From NCBI GenBank assembly GCA_964188305.1, contig OZ076900.1: DNA of 64,000 bases; one strand, written 5' to 3'. The stretch's first letter is position 1. Each line of letters begins with the position of its first letter. A program made the position numbers and the translations under genes. Origin of the DNA: Podarcis bocagei (taxonomy: Eukaryota). The notes under the pieces were generated by a model. It was not told the DNA's origin. It searched no databases and was given only the letters and a program-made list of their open reading frames with translations. Shown here one piece after another: positions 36,215 to 46,974 of this stretch.

Positions 36215-36634
36215 CCATAGTTTTCTGTGTATAAGACAATGTTTTTAATTATAAAATATTGTTAAAAATTTGGGGTTGTCTTATACATGAATAGTGCATG
36301 GGGGGCGATTGGTTGCAGCCGTGAGCAGGAGATTGTCAGCGGTGATTGGGCGGGTGATTGGTGGCTGCAGCAAGGGCTGCTGTCGATTGGCTGCTGTGGT
36401 GGCAATTGGGCGGGCTACTGGCAGTTGCTGGCGGCGAGCAGGCATACAATTGGTAACTTTGGCGGCATGTTTGATTGTCAGCGTCGGTCAGGCGGGTGAG
36501 GGATTTTCAGCAACCCCCCCCCCAAAAAAAGCTTAAGAACTCTGGGCAATCTTCCCCCCATTTTCTTAGTTTGGAATCCCCCAAAGTAGGGGTCGTCTTA
36601 TACACGGGGGCGTGTTATACACGGAAAAATACAG
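36215..36634. mobile_element. Tc1/mariner (Tc2-like) non-autonomous element
   Basis: TIRs ccatagttttctgtgtataagac / gtgttatacacggaaaaatacag flanked by TA; internal gattgg repeats. Confidence 0.8.
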
Positions 36635-36737
36635 TAATGATCCCATTTTCTCAAATGGTTTTATGGTCACCTAGCTCTTAGCTCTTCTTCAACACACTCA
36701 GTTATGGTAGCCTTCCAGAAAGTTACTACTTCTAATA

Positions 36738-36968
36738 TAGTGGTACCTCGGGTTACAGATGCTTCAGGTTACACATGCTTCAGGTTACAGACTCCGCTAA
36801 CCCAGAAATAGTACCTCGGGTTAAGCACTTTACTTCAGGGTGAGAACAGAAATCGTGCGGCGGCAGCAGGAGGCCCCATTAGCTAAAGTGGTATCTCAGG
36901 TTAAGAACAGTTTCGGGTTAAGAACGGACCTCCAGAACAAATTAAGTTTTTAACCTGAAGTACCACTG
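36738..36968. mobile_element. Tc1/mariner (Tigger/pogo-like) MITE
   Basis: TA|(t/c)agtggtacctcgggtta ... taacctgaagtaccactg|TA; a sister copy lies at 49645-49885. Confidence 0.9.
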
Positions 36969-36977
36969 TATTGAACT

Positions 36978-37180
36978 CAGGGCTTGTCTACACTTCTGCT
37001 TGGCCCATGCCTAGAAAGCATGGGTCTGAGCAGTTTTCCTCTTGCTCCAGGAAAAAGCCCACTCTTTAGCTTCAAATTGGAACAAATGGCAATCTGCAGA
37101 AAACCAATTGCTCTGATTGAGCTCTAAAGAGCAGCTTCCCCCAGGGGAAAGAAGCGGGACAAGTGTGCATAAGCTCTTAG
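36978..37180. mobile_element. Harbinger-like MITE
   Basis: Termini agggcttgtctacactt / aagtgtgcataagctct; a related copy lies at ~43080-43300. Confidence 0.5.
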
Positions 37181-37624
37181 CAAGTGAGTACCAACAGGGC
37201 TGTAACCAAAACACAATAAACAAGGAGGTTTTAGCAGGCTCATCTATGGTCATTTTCAGAATACGAACCTAAGACATAGCATCACAACTGAAGCAGTTCG
37301 TTTTCTACTTCATTCCTCACTGCAGTAACACAGCAGAATGAAAAACAACCTCAAGAAACCAAATAGGTGTGCCGACCCAAAATTAGAATTTATCCCCCTT
37401 TAAAGTGCCTTGACCAAGTTATCAGCTAAAGCTTTAGCTATATATTGATTTAACCCAATTAATTTGGCTATGATAGTAGAAAGGCAGGAGAGAAATTAAG
37501 AAACAAAGATGCAAAAAATATTAAAAGGCTGCATCTCTAGTGAGACTCTATGCACATAAATATTGTAAAATAATTGGAATGAACTGGCCAATTAATATTT
37601 GTGTCCTTTCCTATCTTCACTGAA

Positions 37625-37625
<1 letters not shown>

Positions 37626-37668
<43 letters not shown>
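37626..37668. repeat. (TG)n microsatellite
   Basis: Read directly from the sequence. Confidence 0.95.
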
Positions 37669-37670
<2 letters not shown>

Positions 37671-39169
37671 TTTGTGGATCTTCTTAACTTTTGGTTCCCT
37701 TTCCTCTCCTCAAGCTATGTGCTGCTATTTTTTTATAATTGGCATTTCTTCCCTCCTGGTCTCGTAATAGTGGCAGGATGCTTTCCAAGTTTTTACTTTG
37801 TCACTCCTCTGCTCCCTCTGATTCTCCCCACACACCCATTTGTCCTGTTACTTGCAGAGTTCCTTCAGAGGTTGGAGAGACAGTCTTCATCTGTTACCTG
37901 TATTCTCAAAGGTGGCGTAATCAAAAGAGGAAGTGTTTTGGGTTCGATAAATCACTTCCTTTTTGTTAGATGATTTCCTCTGTGTTATGGAACTGAGTGT
38001 ACTGGGGCTGGGGCAGAAAAGGCAAGTTTCCTATATAGGCTCTGTCAAAGTCATTCAGTTGTTTGTCTTGAGAGACTTCCAGAGCAACATTCTAGGGATT
38101 TTTTTTTTTTATTCTTGTAAATCAGAAAGCACTCTTACATCTACCTCATGGCTTAGTTTCTGTACATCCTAAATCTCATTGAAGTCTCATCTTCCATGCC
38201 TGTTGCCTCAGGCTACTAGTAAGAAGTAGAACTTCTCTGCTTCAAGATACATAGCTACAAATGAAGAGAAATGTAATAACTCCATTGGCTCCTTTGGGTC
38301 CCTCATCTTGTAAGACTAAATCACACAGTAAAGCTCAGTTGCCGGGCTTCTTGTTGTCTTTCAGTTTCTGTGTGCTGTTCTTATTATTAGAAAATAAATG
38401 TCTTATGTTATGGTGATAGGCAGGGTACATTTGGGTGAAGGGCATGTATATCGCAGGAATGTCTAGAGGAATATTTTATTCCTTGTGGTGTCAATGTCAA
38501 CAGCATATATTCAGGACTCTGACACTGATTTTGATGCTGAAGACAACTCTATGGAGACAAGCCAAGAGCCCAGAAGAAGAGCCCCATTGACTCAGACCAA
38601 AAGTGGCCAACTAGATGCCATTGGGAATCCTGCAAACAGTCACTGGGATCCAGAGGCATATTGCCTCACACACTGGAGGTACCACATACTCTTATTGCTA
38701 GTAGCAGTTGACAGCCATATCTCCCATAGATTTTTCTAAACCCCCTTTAAAGCCATCTAAACAAGGTTGTTCTCAAGTTCTCTTGAGGTTCAGTTTGAAG
38801 GAAAGCATTCTGCAGGCTGTCCATAGGAAAAGGATGGATCACCTACTGATGTTGATGGTTCAGCATCCTCCACTAAGTACCAGTAATCAGAATCCACTAA
38901 TCCACCTTGTTTCCAAAGAGTGAAGATACCCCTATAAACTGGAAGCACAGTATGCAAAGCAGGTAGCTGAGGACCACTTCCTGAAGCTGTAGTGCAGACG
39001 CCTAGCCAGACTACACTCTAAATTTCTCACTAACGATGCAGACAGAAAAGAATCCCTTTTCACATACCTTGTGCTATTCTAGTTTCCCTGTAGGACTGAA
39101 TGGCCACAATTCTTTCCTAAAGAAGAAGTAAGCACAGTACTGGAGTATAGGGACACAGAAAGCAACCTT

Positions 39170-39340
39170 ATACTAAGTTACACCAATGATCCATCAAGCT
39201 CACTACTGCCCACAATAATCTGCAGTGGCTTTCTAAATTTTTAGGCAGGGTAATTCATAGGTCTGCCTGGAAATGCTGGAGCTTAAATATAGGACCTTCT
39301 GAATACGAGGAAGATGCTCTACCACTGAACTACAGCTCTT
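39170..39340 (-). mobile_element. Squam3-like SINE, degraded
   Basis: ggaccttctgaatacgaggaagatgctctaccactgaactacagc is a reverse-complemented tRNA-like head. Confidence 0.65.
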
Positions 39341-39507
39341 ACTGGGATGGCTATTGCACCCAGGGGTGGTTACTGATATAATCTTACAGTGGTGTGCTAA
39401 TATAATAGGCTGATCTGGTGCAACATGAGTGAGTTGAAGAGGGAGACCTGTGTGTTGGGTTGATGCGTAGTTTGCACATGCCACATTTTTATACATTCCC
39501 ATAAGTT

Positions 39508-39852
39508 AAAAGATAAAGGAGCCCCTGACCATTAGGTCCAGTCGTGACTGACTCTGGGGTTGTGGCGCTCATCTTGCTTTATTGGCCGAGGGAGCCGGCG
39601 TACAGCTTCCGGGTCATGTGGCCAGCATGACTAAGCCGCTTCTGGCGAACCAGAGCAGCACACGGAAACGCCGTTTAACTTTCTGCCAGAGCGGAACCTA
39701 TTTATCTACTTGCACTTTGATGTGCTTTCGAACTGCTAGGTTGGCAGGAGCAGGGACCGAGCAACGGGAGCTCACCCCATCGCGGGGATTCGAACCGCCA
39801 ACCTTCTGGCAAGTCCTAGGCTCTGTGATTAACCCACAGCACCACCCACATC
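39508..39852 (-). mobile_element. Sauria SINE, full length
   Basis: gcccctgaccattaggtccagtc...aacccacagcaccacccacatcc; no clear long TSD. Confidence 0.95.
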
Positions 39853-40714
39853 CAGAAAGTTAGGTATGTTTTAATGTTATGCATTCTAATGCATGTTCTT
39901 CCAGTAAAGCTTCTAAGTTTACAACTACCTTTGCCATTCTGCATCATTGCAGCTTTTGTCTTCTTGAAGTAGACCAGCCTTTAATGCCCTTAGTGTAATA
40001 TCAACCAGTTCTGAATAGTACTGAGTGAGGAATGTATGCATAATTGGAAAAGAACACACTGCTGTCAGGAAAGAAACAACTGATAATGTTGGCATATTGT
40101 CTCAAGGTATTGCGAGGGTGTTTACATTAAACTGAGAGCACATATTGCTTATGAAACAAGTAAAGAATACACTAAAACAAAAATAAAACAGGTAAATGTT
40201 ACAGAAAAAGAAATGTGATGTCCCAAAATTACAGAAGCTCAAAATATTCCCTTTGGAGCAAATTCAAATCAAAGTTGGATAAATGTGATCCACTGGCCCT
40301 TGTCTAGAACAGTCTATAAGCTCAGCTGGCTCTTAGCAAAATTCCTTGATTGCAAGCAGGCCTTTCTTCCTTTTTTCCTCTCTCTCGGGTGCACACAAAA
40401 TTTGCTTAGCATGTGAGTTCCACCTGGAACTAAAGCCTCCTGGCTGCCTATCTGTTTTTATAGTTCTCCCCTGTCAATCATGTGCTCCTCCCCTTGGGAT
40501 GCATGTTCAAGGAAGTTTTGAGCTTTTAAGTTTTCCCACTCTTAGAGAGAGAGATGCAGTTAGTCACAACAACAATGGCAGATGCCTGTACTTTTGTGTT
40601 TCATGAGCCTTGGGACACCAGCTAAGTTTCCCCAAGGAGTTGCAACAAGGCATACAAGCAAGACATGCATTCCCATAATATATAAAAGCAGTAAAGTCAA
40701 ACTACTTCACAATA

Positions 40715-40923
40715 CAGTGGTACCTCTGGTTGTGAACGGGATCCGTTCCGGAGGCACGGGTCATGATTTGCTGCTTCTGCTCATGCACATGACTTCATTT
40801 TGTACATCTGTGCATGTGCGAGTGGCAAAACCCAGAAGTAACCCTTTCTGGTACTTCCGGGTTGCCATGGGATGCAACCTGAAAACGCGCAACCTGAAGC
40901 AAACGCAACACAAAGTATGACTG
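40715..40923. mobile_element. Tc1/mariner (Tigger/pogo-like) MITE, internally deleted
   Basis: TA|cagtggtacctctggttg ... caaagtatgactg|TA. Confidence 0.8.
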
Positions 40924-42182
40924 TACAAGTTTTTGCAAAGCAATTTCCCCAAATGTATGTTGTTTTCACTAATATGTGTATTTTTATGCATGCATATATT
41001 TCACCCTAGTACATGCATTTTTGTAGACATCTGTTGGCTGGAGAACTGCATTGCACAATTCAGAGAAGAGTGAATTTCAAAGGATGGCTGTGTTTTGGTT
41101 CATGTATTGTTTCAGAAATTGCAAATCAGGTACAGTAGGTTTGCCTTTAGATGTGAAATGAATATTGTTTTCTCCTCACCCCCTAGTGCTGTTACAGTTC
41201 TCCTTCACCAGGGGAAGTACATGCAAATATTTCTACTTAAGTGGTTTGGCTTCATGACAATTTTACAAAACATTTGTTTGATGCTGTGACTCTTATGATG
41301 GCTGCTGCAAGCACACGAGAAAGCCAACACATAGGTGGAAGTCTTTGCACGCACCCAAACTGCCAGTGAAACAACTGGATGCAGTAGCAGCAGCAGCTTA
41401 CACACTAGGAAAGGTATGTGAAAATGACCCTTATTTCTGAAAATGAAATGGACAGAACTGTTTCTCAGAAATGTAGATTTATTTTGCAGAAATGCGTGGT
41501 GATATTTGAATACTAACTTTTCTCCATTGTTTTGAGTAAAAGGACAAAATCAATATTCAGTTTATCACTCCTATTTATTTGTTTGTACAGGTACCTCATT
41601 TTTTGTGTGGAAGCTGGTCCACTAGGGCAAACAATACAGTGTCCCACCAACTTCAGTTTGCACTTAGCCAGCCTCCACCTGCCTGCTTTCTTACTTACAA
41701 TTTTAAGCAGTGGCAACAGCTGCCAGCTTTCTCCTTTTTAGTCCCCATGTTGTCCTTGTAGAACTCAGCAGGCAGGAGGATGGGGACAACACTAAAATTA
41801 GTTGGTTCTGCCTGTCATTGCCTCTGACTCCACCTACGGTTTGGACTCCCTGTTTTCCTCCACTGCAGCTTAGTCCCAGTGTTCACCTGACACCAGTGGT
41901 TTTTTTAAAAAAAGGCTCCCATGGCTTTATTGTAGTCCAGGAAACTGCCAAGGGACATCAAAAAGATTAGAGAACATTTTAAAAAGTTCTGATTTTCAGT
42001 AACATTGTTCCATTTCCCTTTAGGGGAGCCATTGTGACATTTATTAGGCAACGTCTTCTGTCTAGTAGAGCAGTTAGTTATACTGAAGTCTTTGAAAATC
42101 CATAGAAAATCAATTGTGTTTTTGGTTGCATTTGCATTTATATAGGTCTTTTAATACACTATGAGATAAAAATGGTTTCCTT

Positions 42183-42183
<1 letters not shown>

Positions 42184-42232
<49 letters not shown>
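42184..42232. repeat. (CA)n microsatellite
   Basis: Read directly from the sequence. Confidence 0.95.
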
Positions 42233-42234
<2 letters not shown>

Positions 42235-42344
42235 ACATACTCACAAAAGGATGAATTATGTTGCTCTGTTGTGATCGCTGGTGTGTATGCTGAGGTGGCA
42301 ACTATTATGCTGTCAATTGTATTTCTCACACAGGTCTTGTAGGT

Positions 42345-42465
42345 TCATTTGTCGGATTCAGCGACAAGGCATCGTGGTGAATTAATTGGAGAAAAGACTT
42401 CGGATCAACACAGCAGGATTTTCCTCTGATCTTTGAATAGCACTATTTGATCTTTTACATCTCTT
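42345..42465. mobile_element. Possible ancient AmnSINE1/Deu-domain relic
   Basis: ..aacacagcaggattttcctctgatctttgaatagcactatttgatcttttacatct resembles the Deu-SINE core (..gacaccgggga..cccctgctctt..cgaatagtgccatgggatcttttacatcc), recalled from memory. Confidence 0.4.
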
Positions 42466-42965
42466 TCAGCATCCACCAGTTAGAAGAAGGGGTGTAGCGC
42501 ATACTTTTTTTTCCAAGGGGAGGGAGAAGGGAAAACTTTCTAACAATAATCCAGCTGAGGCCAAGTAAAATTGTCTATCTATCAATCTATTTATCTATAT
42601 GCTTTTGTTCATAGAAACATGTGAAGAACACAGCTGAAAACTTAAATAAAATTCTGTAATGTAAATAAAAGTTGCTTCCAGGGACTAATAGGCACAGCAA
42701 AAATCACAGAATTACATTCTACCAAGTACAACAGAAAGATAACATATGTTGCTATTATGCTTAATGCTACGTACTACAGCAAAATATTAAACTATGAGTT
42801 CCACAACAGCAACATACTGAGTTGGAGGCATTACATAATTAGTTTTCTAATTCACATGCTTTCCAAAATAAAACTGTTCTGATGCAAAACTTAGAGGAGC
42901 TTTGTGGGTAGGCAAGTGGTGTTGCCAGGCCCATGCAATGGTGGCAGGGCAGTAGTCCGCACAAT

Positions 42966-43043
42966 CTTTCTTTCTTCCTTCCTTCCTTCCTTCCTTCCTT
43001 CCTTCCTTCCTTCCTTCTTTCTTTCTTTCTTTCTTTCTTTCTT
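42966..43043. repeat. (TTCC)n/(TTTC)n tetranucleotide repeat
   Basis: Read directly from the sequence. Confidence 0.95.
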
Positions 43044-44197
43044 TGAAACTTTTGCCCTGGCAGATGTGGTGAAATTACTTAGGGCTCATCCACACCTGTT
43101 CCTGTACCAGAAAACATGGATCCAATCAGTTTTCTGCTTGACTAGCCAGCTCCTTTCCCATGGAAAAGCCACTCCTTAGTGCTAAACAAGAACAAGTATC
43201 AATCTGGAGAAAACCCAAATTGTTCTTTTCTCTGATTGAGTGCCAAAGGGTAGTTTCCCCTGGGGGAAAGCAATGGAACAAGAGGAAGTATTGTTGTGCC
43301 CTAAAACAGGATACCAGTGTTGGGTGAAAATCGGGTCAAATTGTTATTGACTTCAGCAGGCAAGCAGGGTTGGCATGACAATAGGGCAAGGATCAGTTCC
43401 TCATTCCACTCAGCCTTGATGTAATGGCACTCTGTCAGGGTTGGAAAGCACCCTGGCCCCCTCCATGGGAGTCACTTAGCATTTAGCTCTTTCTCAGCCC
43501 CTCCTCCCTCTTGTGAGTTCCTGCAGGGTGATGACCATCCTTCAAAGAATCTCATGAGACCCTGACAGGGAGATGGAACTCTGCCCCCCCCCCCACTTGT
43601 TTCTGGGCCACACAAATGGGCAAAGTCACCTTGCATGCTGTTGTGCCTGAAATGAGGCTTAGAAAACAAAACTTAGTGTTCTGGGTCTGCTATTGCTGTC
43701 AGCCGGCTTCTGTGGGGGAGGATGAGGCTGTGACAATGTGAGTCAAGTAACAATGGGTGAATCTGTCAATTTTGGTTCCTCTCAGTGTCCCACTTTCCTT
43801 CTCTTAATTTCAGTGTTTCATATTTTCTTGTGAATTAAGTGAATTAAACTCTGTTAGGTTATGATAACAAATCTAGTTCTCGACAAAGGAACTCATGCCA
43901 ACAAGAAAAGAAAAGTAAATGTATATTTTAACCTGTCTTCTCTCAAGCAAATATATCTCCCCTTTCTTTTTAAATTTGCAGCGTATCTGTGGAGTTAAAC
44001 CATGCTGTCCTTGAGAGTTCATTGACTGATTTCCATTTACAAGCCAAGAGGATTCTTAAGTCTGCCTTTTCTTAAAAACTTTGGAGCTAATAAAACTTTG
44101 CCACTGCTGAAAGGTGTGCTGTATGACATCGAAGGAAGCCTGGAAGTGTCTGCTTCAGTAGTCATCTGGTGTATGTCACAATGCAGCCAAGATGTTA

Positions 44198-44497
44198 AAA
44201 AGGTAAAGGGACCCCTGACCATTAGGTCCAGTCGCGGATGACTCTGAGGTTGCGGCGCCAACCTAGCAGTTCGAAAGCACATCAAAGTGCAAGTAGATAA
44301 ATAGGTACCACTCCAGCGGGAAGGTAAATGGCGTTTCTGTGCACTGCTCTGCTTCTCCAGAAGCGGCTTAGTCATGCTGGCCACCTGACCTGGAAGCTGT
44401 ACGCCAGCTCCCTCGGCCAATAAAGCGAGATGAGCGCCTCAACCCCAGAGCCCGTCACAACTGGACCTAATGGTCAGGGGTCCCTTTACCTTTACCT
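44198..44497. mobile_element. Head-to-head Sauria SINE fusion: minus-strand 3' end (44198-44258) joined to a plus-strand 5'-truncated copy (44257-44497)
   Basis: Begins aaaaggtaaagggacccctgacc and ends ggtcaggggtccctttacctttacc; the orientation switches at gcggc|gc|caacctag. Confidence 0.9.
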
Positions 44498-46095
44498 ATC
44501 ATGCCATTTGTTACCTTTTCTCTAAACTAAAGGCCTCAAATGCTGCAACAAGAGTTGTTTCATTTATTCGATCCTTTTAGAAGCCATTTTCTGAACCTAG
44601 GAAGGTGACTTATGCTGAGTCAGACCATTTGCCCATCTAGCTCAGCAATGTCTCTTAAATAAGTTGTGATCTCCCACCCCAAAAGCCATATTTGAAGTGG
44701 CCACACCAGTTTACCACCTGCCAATGCAGGTGGCAGCGCTAGTTGAATCACTGAGGGATATTGTATCACCCTGCCCAAGGCTGCATGAGATCCAATCTCT
44801 CTGCACTGCAATACTTGCATTCTTGCTATTCAGACAAATATTGTGTGTAGTAGGGATGTCAAAGAATATTGATGGAGACAGCAACAGAAAATTGCTGATG
44901 TTTGCTTGTTCATCCCATGTCTTGAATGGAAATCAATCCAGTGAATACCATTGATATTCACTGTTGTTGTTTCTCAGTCTGCTAATGATACATAATTGAT
45001 GGCTCCCTACCATTTGCATTGGGTTTACATTGCATTGACGTGAATGGGGTGCAATAGCCTAATAGTAACAGAATAGCATTAAAATAATGTAAATAATTAT
45101 GCAAATAAGCAAGTAAGATTCTTCCCAGCAGACTGTATGATGAATAAATTATGATTAACAGAATTTATATACCACTTTTCATTTCAAGAAGAAATACCAA
45201 GGCACATTTTTTTTGTTTTTTTTCCAGAAGCTGAACTGCAGTGGAACAAAAGCAATGATGCATGTGATGAACACAGGTTGGAATGGAAACCAGTGCCTTC
45301 TTGCATCTGTAGTATGCATTTTTAATTTGAACATAATATATAAAACAACAACAGCAACTTTGATTCCATGCTTATGTCTGCTATAAGCTGCAGACATAGT
45401 GCTGAAGAGGTAGCAATGGTAAAACAGCGAGACAAGCAACCTGAGCTACAAAGCAACAAATCTGAAGCTGGAAAAAAATCAGAGTAATATATTTGGGTAG
45501 CAATGGAAAGATAATTTTGTCTTCTTCTTAAAAAGCAGTTAAGGATGCTTTTATGCACTCTTTGACTAAGCGTTATAAACAGCCCTCTTAACAATTGGGA
45601 ATACAACAAATCTTTCAAATTCCTTGTATTAGTTGGGTTGAAAGGTGTCTCTAAATGGTTCCATGGACTGCAGCTCAGCACAGTGGAAGGTTTAAATCCA
45701 AGCCTACCCATAATAGATAGCCTAATTCAGTAATATTTCCAGGGAATTCATAAATCCCTGATGCAGCTCAATGTATTACTATGTTTGTACCTGCTACAAG
45801 AACAACATTCTTAATTAACTGGGCTTCTATTCTCCTCCTCCTACCAGTCTTGAGCAGTTTATTTATGCTACGGAGGGTTCAGGGCAGGGGACACAGGCTA
45901 GCCTTATTTTGCCCTCACAACCATATTCAAGGTAAATTAGATTGAAAGAGGATGTATCTGAGCCAAAACAAGCTAAGGAGTTTCAGGACATGAATGGGAA
46001 TTCTAATGCAGATCTTCTTGGTACACTGCAGTTGTCCTCAATGAGTTCAAGATGGGTCTCCTGTCCAGGTACTGATCAGGGCTAAAATTGCTTTG

Positions 46096-46260
46096 AGGAA
46101 GGGCTGTAGCCTAGTGGTATAGGATCAGCTTTGAATGCAGAGGGCCTCAGGTTCAATTCCAAGCATCTTCAGGCAGAGCTAGGAGAAGCACCTGCTTGAA
46201 ATGTTGGAGAGTGCAGGTGAACTGTTGGTATAACTTAGTATATAAGGCAGCATCCTATGT
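46096..46260 (+). mobile_element. Squam3-like SINE
   Basis: tRNA-like head gggctgtagcctagtggta..ggttcaattcc; tail tataaggcagcatcctatg. Confidence 0.75.
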
Positions 46261-46310
46261 GAATATCCTGCTAGCAGGTGCATTTGTGTTTTCATTATTT
46301 TATAGAATTA

Positions 46311-46974
46311 CCGGAGTCTTCAGGTTCCTTTCGCTGAAGCCAGGAAAGTCCTGGCTTCAGCAAAAGGAACCCGAAGCCTGAAGAGCGCAGTGGGAACTTG
46401 TGCTGCGCTCCAAAGGCTTCAGGGATCTTTGACGTTGGCGGTGAGGGAAAGCAGTGCTTCCCCCCACTGCCAGCCCCACAAGCTTGGGGGGCAGCAGGAA
46501 GGCTGTGCGCAGCCTTTCCGCTGTTCCCCGACCTGCTCTTTGGGGCTGGCAGTGGGGGAAAGCAGTGCTTCCCCCCACCAGCCCCAAAGCGCAGGTTGAA
46601 AGGAACCCGAAGCCTCCGGAGCCTAGTGGGAACGCCTACTGTGCTCCTGAGGCTTCGGGTTGCCTTCACTGAAGCCTGGAGAGAGAGAGGGGTCAGTGCG
46701 CAGCGACCCCTCTTGCTCTCCAGGCTTCCAAGGTAGCTGCCTGAAGCCTCCAGAATGCAGCTGGAACTTCCGCTGTGCTCCGGAGGCTTCGGGTGAACGC
46801 ACCTTGAACGCACAGAACACACCTTGTTTTAGAGGGGGAGAACAAGAAAAAAAAATTCTCCCTCTCTCTACACAGTGCCCCTTCAGCAAAGCGGGAGGAG
46901 AAATGGAAGGGCCTCCCCCTCTAAAACAAGGTGCGTCCTATGGTCGGGTGCATCCTATAGAGCGCAAAATACGA
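46311..46974. mobile_element. Tc2-like non-autonomous element lacking most of its left TIR
   Basis: The right end gtgcgtcctatggtcgggtgcatcctatagagcgcaaaatacga|TA resembles the 10293-10961 terminus; GC-rich internal repeats (aagcagtgcttccccc, gaagcct). Confidence 0.75.

Noticed and set aside
44714-44740. CTCF-like gcaggtggcagc within an 8-bp inverted repeat
   Set aside because: The 5' CC of the CTCF core is missing and the match is short enough to arise by chance.
46096-46170. tRNA-like sequence with A/B boxes
   Set aside because: This is a degenerate SINE head that continues into the SINE body; it lacks an intact cloverleaf.
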